Below are positions 45,017-64,000 of a stretch of 64,000 nucleotides of DNA, one piece after another; position 1 is the stretch's first letter, and every line of letters starts with the position of its first letter. The position numbers and the translations under genes were made by a program. Source of the DNA: Amoebidium appalachense (Eukaryota; Protista; Ichthyosporea); the NCBI GenBank assembly GCA_963693365.1, contig CAVNZM010000014.1, forward strand, positions 2,046,001 through 2,110,000. The letters are read 5' to 3'. Under the pieces are notes generated by a model that worked only from the letters and a program-made list of their open reading frames with translations, was not told where the DNA came from and did no database searches.

Positions 45017-45888
45017 ACACACACTGCAGGCCGGTGGTTTTATCGGGCTTCTCCCATTGGTGCGCATGTATCTCGATGCCATCAATGTAGATGTGGAGAC
45101 ACGCTGTCACCTGTCAAAATACCTCAACTTCATTGCAAAGAGAGCTTCAGGTGTGTATATAGCAACCCCCCCCCCCCCCCCCCCCTTCCTTCTCCTCCCC
45201 CCCCCCCCCCCCCCCTCCCCCCAAACCCCAAAAACACACACACACCCTGTCCGCCTTTCGTCTAAGGAGATTATTCAAGACACGCACACACAAAATGCAT
45301 TGACAGAGACACAACAGATGTTTGTTGTTATTTGTCGAGTTTAAATCCCGTTGATCGAATTACCCAGATATGGTAATTGTGATAGATAGAATGGCAGCTC
45401 CGTCGCCATGTATGCACAGAGGCACGTAATACGGTTTCACTCCTACCTTGCCCTTTGCCCCACAAAGATTCTCTCGTGTGTACGTTTAAATACGCTCACA
45501 ATGGAAGCAAGTGTACGGGTGCTGACCCCCCCTTCCCCCCCAACCCCCCCCCCCCCCAACCCCCACCCCCCACACAAACACACACTTGCACACTCGCACA
45601 CACACACACACACACGTACACACGTACACATACACACGTGCACACATACACATACACATACACATACACGTACACGGTACACGTACAGGCGAGCTGATGA
45701 CCACCGCATCTTGGATCCGGCACTTTGTACACAGCCACCCCGACTACAAATTTGACAGCCAAGTGCCCGACAGTATCAACCACGACCTTTTGCGCAAAAT
45801 TTACGCTGCCGGCATGGGCCATGAGGTTATTCCGGAACTTACTGGAACATACGTCACACCACACCCACCGACGGATGGCGCCAAGTAA
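31907..45888 (+). CDS. GCLC: Glutamate-cysteine ligase catalytic subunit (gamma-glutamylcysteine synthetase), 18 exons, 629 aa
   Basis: Phase-consistent GT-AG exons: 31907-32056, 32617-32729, 34110-34162, 35487-35556, 36498-36569, 37381-37479, 37942-38038, 38496-38594, 39233-39307, 39773-39889, 40885-41032, 41707-41819, 42079-42161, 42810-42924, 43365-43446, 44503-44585, 45030-45150, 45689-45888 (1890 nt). Motifs: [74 protein letters not shown] and DFENAAF. Confidence 0.97.
33596..33702 (+). repeat. C-run-associated dispersed element, subfamily A (GCLC intron 2)
   Basis: ctgagggttggctttgctttttatgcatact...cttcgtatt...cacattctaaacc; aligns with 41146 and 53223. Confidence 0.8.
33793..33928 (+). 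repeat. C-run-associated dispersed element, subfamily B (GCLC intron 2)
   Basis: cccgaggatggtctctgcttat...gatgttgcatact...ccgcattctaac followed by a C-run; aligns with 37195 and 43152. Confidence 0.85.
34725..34860 (+). repeat. C-run-associated dispersed element, subfamily C (GCLC intron 3)
   Basis: gatgggctc head, then ttgatttcg..tttttcatttt..gtgac...tccaact.tctaatgcatacatc, shared with about 48305-48400. Confidence 0.7.
36291..36401 (+). repeat. Degenerate copy of the C-run-associated element (GCLC intron 4)
   Basis: tgcttatgatgcatac...gtgaatgtgtgctttgtact...tctaac followed by a C-run. Confidence 0.6.
37195..37330 (+). repeat. C-run-associated dispersed element, subfamily B (GCLC intron 5)
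   Basis: cctgaggatgtgctctgcttatg...cgtacttcgtaccgtgttccgcatttaaac followed by a C-run; very close to 43152. Confidence 0.9.
41146..41252 (+). repeat. C-run-associated dispersed element, subfamily A (GCLC intron 11)
   Basis: cccgaggacgggctctgcgtattatgc...cacttcgtact...cacattctaaacc. Confidence 0.85.
42444..42860 (+). repeat. Decayed tandem triplication (about 144-151 bp) of the acceptor and start of GCLC exon 14
   Basis: AG|GTGC(A/C)TGGAA occurs at 42513, 42657 and 42808 (the real acceptor), each with homologous upstream intron sequence. Confidence 0.85.
43152..43272 (+). repeat. C-run-associated dispersed element, subfamily B (GCLC intron 14)
   Basis: cctgaggatgggctctgcttatg...cgtacttcgtaccgtgttccgcattcaaac followed by a C-run. 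Confidence 0.9.
43660..44465. repeat. Intronic minisatellite: about 22-bp monomers (acgcttgtgcaaacagtact-like) with a 120-bp higher-order unit
   Basis: catgcaaacggtactttacgcttgtgca recurs at 44034, 44153 and 44273. Confidence 0.9.
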
Positions 45889-46899
45889 GGGTGTTCGGTT
45901 GAACTTTTTTTGGGGGGGGGGAGGGGGGTTTCAGAAAAGAGTTTCATGTTTTCTTTTCTGTGATGTTTAACGTAGCATCCTTGGTTTCTGAAGCGTCGCG
46001 TCAGTTTAGGTCTTTCTGCACATTGTCAAGCAGGTTTGTGCAAATGTCGTTTATAATAATAATTGAAGCGTAGATTCCTTACCCTGTTGTGTTTCAGCAG
46101 TGTACTTCGTAGTAATGCAGACACAGTAGCTAGTGGTCGCTGGAAAGTGTTTCTATGGAATATTGCTAGAACTTACTCCAAGCTTATGCATGTTCTAAAT
46201 GATAAGTTAGTGAGCAATTGACTGAGTGATTGCGTTTCGATTTCTGAGGAAGATCTAGATGTCCCCTGGGTAACGAATTGTCAAATCTGTGTTAAGCAGG
46301 GATGAAAAGTGGTTGCAAACATGTGCCATCATGATGTGGAGCACAGCTGGAATAAAAAATGAAGTGTTGACATAGATGGAGACGTCATCGGCGGTCAAGT
46401 TGCGCAAACACATTGGCATGCATTTAGCCTTCACAGAAACCAATCAGCATCGGTTAATTTAATCAGTACCATATATGGCAGTTTTTTTATGCGCGGCATT
46501 CGCCCACACCGTTAGCTTGCATTCTTTCCTTTTACACACGAGCACGAGTCACTGAGGCGGCAGCGTAAGATACAGGGACGGAAGGGGTCACTTTCCAGCT
46601 TTCAGCTTAGTTTGAAGCAGGAGTTACAAAAAAAATAGTATAGGCTTTTCACTTTCTATCCTTAGGGCACTGTGCTGTAAAATAAATCCTTGAACATAAA
46701 ACAGCGATACAAGTGTAGGTGTCACCGTGTGTCGATAACTAATTATAACTCATCAATACCCATTTTCTCCAGAAAATACTCCCCCAGCCTGACAGCCTGA
46801 CACTCAATTGAAGTAACAAGAGTAACGTGCAAGAACATAGTGTATTTTTCTTTTTTCCGCACCAGGGCACTTAGTGAAGGGTTTATAGCAGCTTCAGTC

Positions 46900-58050
<11,151 letters not shown>

Positions 58051-58396
58051 AAGTTCAAATTTTCGTCGATGCACCAAAGGTTAATGGCGCTTGTTTGGGT
58101 AGTATAGCCTAAACACCTTCCACAGTTTCCAACAAACATCTCGCGAGTAGTCATTATTGATAATGGCCCTTGCATGGCACATGTGCGGGAGAAAAAGGTG
58201 ATTTTTTGTCATTTTTTCAGACCAGAAGGAAGCTTAAACAAACCGTGATGTAAGCAATGTTCATATCAATAGTATACATGACTTACAGTGATGTAAATGC
58301 ATACAGGGGCCATTTCCATATATTGTGTTATCTGTAGTTTGCAAGTGATTGTGCATATAAATAGTGTGAAACCAACAAAAAAAAAAGTAGGAAACT

Positions 58397-58439
<43 letters not shown>

Positions 58440-59440
58440 GGCCCCTGAGTTCTCTTCCCCTTTCTTCCCTACTGCCCATGTGTTTTGTGACTCTGAAATC
58501 ATTCTGGCTTTCAACTTTTCGCGTTGCACACAACTATCGTAACAAGATAATCTACAATGTTAAAAATCCAAGATATGTATGCCGCGTGGAAAAATCATCA
58601 GTTTCTGGCTAACTCTTGCTTGGTGGCTGGCCACCAGGTGACATATCGCAGCTAGCGCCAAATATCACAGAAAAAAATAAATAAGCTTTTAGGATATCTC
58701 GGAGTTCCAGTGAAAATTGACCAGTGGTAATAAACGGATTGGAAACAGATCAAAAGTAAATGTTGTAAAAAGGTTCAAATCAAACACACGCACCCACACA
58801 CACAAACAACGTTGTACAATCAGGGCGTCTCTACACACGCACGCACAAACACACACCGTGTGAGACGGACACACAAGCGCGCGCACCAACCGTTGAGTCA
58901 GACCTACAGTGCACGTGTCACAGGTGACACGTACACCGGCCACGTGCACACACACGCGCACACAAGCAAACGCATGAGCACACACACATGTACATGTACA
59001 TACGTACGTACGTATGGTATATATATGTACATGTGTGATACACACACGCGCTTGTTTCATGCGCGCGCGCACACAGTGTCACACACACACACGGTGTCAT
59101 GACCCACTGTTCACTGCAGAATCATTGACTACATACACCCACCGTCACAAAAAACGTTACACTCGAGTCGCGCGCACACGCACACGAACATACACACGCA
59201 CACGTCACACGTCACACACATGCGCGCACACACAGTACTCACGTACACACACACATCGTCGTATTTACCGTGGCACACGTTTTGTTATACCAAATAGAAT
59301 ACTGTACATGCAATTGCACGGACCCATACTATATTCAGAGTTTGCCTTCAGTTTCATGAACACGGTCTCTCTGTTCTTATTTAGTAGGATTGGGTTGTTT
59401 TCCTCACGTAACCGACACTTCGGGGGAGGGGGGAGGGGGG

Positions 59441-59579
59441 AGGGTTTAAGTTCGGAATGGCTTAAGAGTATGATACGAATAGTGCTAAGTATTCACGATG
59501 CTCGACGGGCGACGGGACAAGTTACGTTCACATGTATATTAGCCTTGAAGAGTACACATCATAGAGCCCATCCTCTGGG
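59441..59579 (-). repeat. Minus-strand copy of the C-run-associated element
   Basis: The reverse complement reads cccagaggatgggctct...ttcgtatc...gccattcc..ttaaaccc; G-runs flank it on the plus strand. Confidence 0.65.
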
Positions 59580-60528
59580 CGAGGCAGGGCTGGGGGGGGG
59601 GGGGGGGGGGGGGGGGGGGCTGGCTCTGACAAGCTCACCAGAATAAAACAAAACCTGTCGGCCAACCCCCCCCCCCCCAAAAAAAAAAAAACAAAAAACA
59701 AAACGTGACACCCACTACACGGTTAAGGGCTATCACCAGCAACAGCAATATTAGTCACCTTGTGGCCACCCATTATTTCTGTGCGGAGTTCTATTTGCTC
59801 GCTTGGGAGACAACCAACGAAAATGAAACAAATGTATTCTTCGTGTTGATTCGAAACACGCACATATCCCTAAGGTTCAAAGATATCCAACTACGGGAAA
59901 CCGCCATAAATATCTGGCAGTGCCGTGCGGATATATTGGATATAACTTTATAATGCATATCACAGTCATTGGAAACTGTGGTACTCACCAAAAACAAAAC
60001 AAACCGAACAAGAAACACACTCTAGCATGTTCCTTAGAGGGTATAACTTGGCGCTCCAACAAACAAAAGAAAAGCAAGTATCGTATGTAAGAAAATGAAA
60101 TGAAGCCCCCCCCCCCCCCCCCCCCCCCGTCCTTTTTCAAACACACACACACACACTGTTCAAGTCTACAACCACAGGCTGCCACAGGCTGTCGACACCA
60201 CATACCATCACCACGAAAAAGAATAAAAATGGCCCCTGCACGCATAGGTACTATGAGACCGAGAGATAATGAACAGACCAACGAAGGCACACAGGTATAC
60301 AGGTAGGGAATATTTCAAGATTTGGTGCAAATTCTCTAGCAACCACTACCCTCCCCTCAAACCTAGCATAAAACCCAGCATATTTCATCATACTCCCCTT
60401 ACCGAAGTGTATGATACCACCACCATATATATTACCCGATAACATCAAAGCCAACAGAAGACAGGAAGCAAGGTACCCTAACACCTACACTTCTCCAAAA
60501 AAAAACACCTACAGCCATAACCCTCCTA

Positions 60529-60563
<35 letters not shown>

Positions 60564-60789
60564 ACCCTCTTCCCCCTACACACAAAGACAATTCAGTTAT
60601 GTAGAGTGTAGGCACCACACAGCCTCCCTAAAAGAGGGTGCGTCTTATAGGATCTCTATACCAGCACGATCAAAAGATGCAACCAAAAACAACTCTAAAA
60701 GCGCATCCCTCCCCACACGGACAAATAAACAAACACAAACTACACCTGCATCCATCATCCACAAGCAACACCCATCCTCCCCACCGTGC

Positions 60790-61554
60790 TCACATGGGCT
60801 GGTTCTGGTGGCGGCGCTGCATGTGCTTGCGCAAAGCGCTGGGGTCACTGTAGGCCTCCCCACATCCCTCATACTTGCACACACATGGTCGCTCGCCTGT
60901 ATGCGTCCTCATGTGGATCTTCAAATCCTTGCTCGCAGCAAACGCGGCACGGCAGTTCTCCACGGTGCACTTGTGCGGCTTGTTCCCCGTATGCTTGGTC
61001 TCATGCGCCTTCAACGACCCCTTTTGCGTAAAAGTCGCGTTGCAGCCCGGGTGGGGGCACCTGTGGGGCCTCTCCCCCGTGTGCAGGAGAATGTGCCTCT
61101 TGACGTTGCTCGCATAATCGCTGCAGTACCCACATCCCTCCACCGGGCACACATATCTCCCAATGTCCACATCCTGATCCTCATCCACACGGAGAGGTTT
61201 CAAATTCTCATTCGGGTCGACGGGGACAATCTGGGCCGGGTTGGGTGGTTGGGGCCGGCCGATGGCAAGGGCCCGGGAGTCGAAACCCATGGGGTTCTGG
61301 TCTGCACGCTGGCCTGTCCCAAGCCCGGCTACGGCCGCTGCCACCACCGACCCGTCGAGTCTAGCCCGTTTACCGGCCCGGTTCGCATAGTGGTCTTCGA
61401 ACTCTTGGCGTTGTGGGTCATGGACGGCATGTTGCTGAGACTGCATGGTGTGGACGGCGGCGGCTCCCGGCTGGTAGCTTGCGTAATTTAGGGCGCCGCC
61501 ACTGCAGAAGAAGGAGAACCCGCAGTGCGGGCATTGGCAAGGGTGGCTGCTCAT
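60790..61554 (-). CDS. C2H2 zinc-finger protein, 4 fingers, N-terminal CQCPHCGF motif, intronless, 254 aa
   Basis: Four C-x4-C...H-x(3-4)-H fingers with HTGERPH, HTGNKPH and HTGERP linkers. Confidence 0.92.
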   Translation of the reverse strand: MSSHPCQCPHCGFSFFCSGGALNYASYQPGAAAVHTMQSQQHAVHDPQRQEFEDHYANRAGKRARLDGSVVAAAVAGLGTGQRADQNPMGFDSRALAIGRPQPPNPAQIVPVDPNENLKPLRVDEDQDVDIGRYVCPVEGCGYCSDYASNVKRHILLHTGERPHRCPHPGCNATFTQKGSLKAHETKHTGNKPHKCTVENCRAAFAASKDLKIHMRTHTGERPCVCKYEGCGEAYSDPSALRKHMQRRHQNQPM

Positions 61555-62695
61555 GTTTGCGGAAAGGAAGAAAGGGGTGCTGGGAGTTGGCTGGGAGACA
61601 GGGCGGAGAAAGTACCTAAGGAAGAGGAATGAATGGAGACTTTGCTTTTAGCGAAGGTTGCTGTTTGATAACAAGCAGAAATGCTTAAACCCGCGGAGTT
61701 TGTGTGTTGCAACACAGTTAACGTTTAGCAATTTTTTTGTCTATCAAAGAACAGCCTAACCGTGAAGAAGTGAAAAAGGTTGCGAAAGTAGGCGAGAAAA
61801 GGTGCTATTAAGAGCGTTTCCTATCAAAGAAGTTAATTTGCAAACACGATTTACAAGCCAGCAAGACGCTAGCTCAAATAACGTTCAAGGAGAGAAAGTA
61901 GAGCGTAAACAGGAAACAGAAAACTTTCGTGCGACCGTTATTGCAGTTGTCGCGTTTTCTTATTGAGTGACCTATTTCCCCCTTGACGCAAACCGACGCG
62001 AAAGAAGGGGTGGTGGGAGAAGACTGAGGGGTGGGGGGGGAAAGGCTCCAAACAAAAAACGGTCGATCCGTTGGCCAACAGATCATGTTGCTGACGTCCA
62101 CTTACGCAAGATATGCGCAAAATGGATCCGAATCAGCCAAATTAGGTTAATCGGGTTCAGGGAGATCTCCAACGATCATTGGGGCCAAATGGAGTCATCA
62201 GTCTCATCACCAGGTTACTCTGGAGCGCTCGGAGTTTGCTTGTTCTCGAAACACCACGCTTTAATATGGATCATTGTTATCAGTATTTAATTATACTTAG
62301 AAAAGTTCCCTTTTACAAATGCAAAAAACCTTGTATACGTAAGGCCCCTAAGGGAGGAACACAGCAGCACTGGTGCCGCTATCAGTACCCGTTCAACGGT
62401 TTAGAGGGAGGGTCAACCTGGATCCCGAAAACTCTGTGGCCTCAGGGGGAACTTGCATATGAAGAACTCATCTGAAATCTTTTAGATTTGTTTATTTATT
62501 CATATGAACATAGAATTACATATCAAATTGTATTTAATGCCTGTAGGAAGTTGAAAGAAAGCAAAGAATGAAAGCTTGCACATTCTCAGCTATACCCTTT
62601 CCTCAAGCGATCCCTGCCGCATATCTTTGCCTGACGTCATTTCGAAAATCTTCTGCTTCGCTCCGGCGCAAATTGGGCAAACGTTTTCACAGCGT

Positions 62696-62767
62696 GATTG
62701 GTTGTTTTTTGAGCCACGCTTAGCTTTTTTTGGTAAATGTCTGACGAGATTACTGCATTTGTATTGG
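62696..62767. promoter_or_regulatory. Two CCAAT boxes upstream of fumarase
   Basis: GATTGG at 62696 and ATTGG at 62763, about 300-360 nt before ATG 63061. Confidence 0.3.
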
Positions 62768-63060
62768 CTACGACATTTCCGCTGCTGGCACACATGACAT
62801 AGGCTACACAAAAACAAAAGTTCAAGCAGTCTTGCTGTCTTTTTTCCTTAAACAAAGAGATGGTCTTTTTCTTTCCCCCCTCGACGATCTTGACAAAATC
62901 TTGATGAGGTCATAGTATACATAGCCTCCAGTAGGTTTAGCCAACAATTTTAGCAGAACAAGGAAAGCCACACTGCCAACATTCCACCATCGCTGTAGTC
63001 CTCTGCATTCTGTTTGGAACATTCATCTTGAATATCGTCTGATCTTTGTTTCTTGTCGAC

Positions 63061-63707
63061 ATGAGCTTGCCACGTTTCCTTCCCACTGGTTTGAATGTTG
63101 TAGGCTACAGCAGGCCCACGCTATTGACAACTGCAGCCATTGTTCATTCTTACAGAGCTGGTGAGTGATTCTACATCCGATTTTTAAAGTTTTTCATCTA
63201 TTGTCTAATCTTGCTGCACGTCCGTAAGATCCCGTCCACCAGCCCTCACTTTTTCGCTTCACAACAGTCATCGATTGTGAAGCTCGAAAGTGCACACGAG
63301 AAGCGAAATGCCGCGATGGATCTACAAAAATTTTCCTTCAGAGTTTTGCGGTTTGCTCTGAGGTGCAGGTTTGCTCTGAGGTGCATCCCGAGATCAGTCG
63401 GGCGGATAGAGAGAGATAAGGGGGGGGGGGGGGGGTTGGGTGGGGGGAGTGAAAGGGAGAGGGAAGGGAGAGAGAATAGATATACATATACACACACACT
63501 TTTATGCACAAGTTATCGTTGATCTAACTGTATTTCCCCCAGGCTTGAACTCCGTCCGCAACTACAGCAGCAGCAAGATGGGGACTCGCACAGAGAAAGA
63601 TACTATGGGGGAGATAGAGGTGCCTAACACGGCCTACTGGGGTGCACAGACACAGCGGTCGCTCCATCAATTCAGCATTGGTGATGTTGGGGACAAATTT
63701 CCTCGCA
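63061..63707 (+). CDS. FH: Class II fumarate hydratase, first two exons (gene continues beyond the window)
   Basis: Exon 63061-63160 ([10 protein letters not shown]..., resembling a mitochondrial presequence; donor gtgagt) splices in phase to 63543-63707 ([25 protein letters not shown]). Confidence 0.9.
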
Positions 63708-64000
63708 GTGAGTTGGAGTCCCCCCCCCCCCCCCCCCCCCCCAAAACCCCTCCCTCTTCCACCACTCCCCCCCTCCCCCCCCTCCCCCCCTCCCCCCGTC
63801 CCCTCCTTCATCCCCGCCTGCCTGCCAAATCTTCATACATGAACGTGTCACCATGAGCGTGTCACCCCGTTCTAGTGTTGCATGCTATGTATGTGAGTTC
63901 CTTTTTTTCATGTCAACGTTTCATGCCACTTGAGTCGGCATCCGTACTTCATACTACGTACTCCATTCTCAGCCCCCCCCCCCCCCCCCCCCTTTCCCTC

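Noticed and set aside
62590-62817. Minus-strand ORF with a BED-finger-like 'SNLVRHL'
   Set aside because: Short, with a non-ATG start and incomplete metal ligands, and it overlaps CCAAT boxes of the fumarase promoter.

Overview
This is a eukaryotic window. It probably comes from a unicellular opisthokont (holozoan-like); that is an inference from animal-like GCLC intron positions together with a fungal-type YTP1-like gene. Introns and intergenic DNA are packed with (CA)n/(GT)n, (CT)n/(GA)n and poly-C/poly-G tracts, which account for most ORFs in the supplied track. Genes supported by the sequence: an intronless equilibrative nucleoside transporter (-); three intronless C2H2 zinc-finger genes (a head-to-head 8-finger pair, one frameshifted, plus a 4-finger gene), all with an N-terminal CPHC motif; a 7-exon NXPE/PC-esterase-like gene; an 18-exon glutamate-cysteine ligase catalytic subunit; a 9-exon YTP1/DUF2427-like membrane protein; and the first two exons of fumarase. 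Mobile DNA: two decayed non-LTR retrotransposons, a detached 3' end of one of them, a possible solo LTR and a possible rolling-circle element. The most striking unexplained signal is a family of about 15 dispersed elements, mostly 90-140 bp, with conserved ends (CCTGAGGATGGGCTCTGCTTAT ... CTTCGTAC..CATTCTAAC). They end in or next to C-runs, and almost all lie in the sense orientation in introns. Also notable: a conserved pseudoknot plus hairpin at a retroelement 3' end, a candidate structured ncRNA ending in T6, decayed tandem copies of acceptor plus exon starts, and 3' splice sites that lack a U-rich tract. All gene models and alignments were made by eye; no searches were run.
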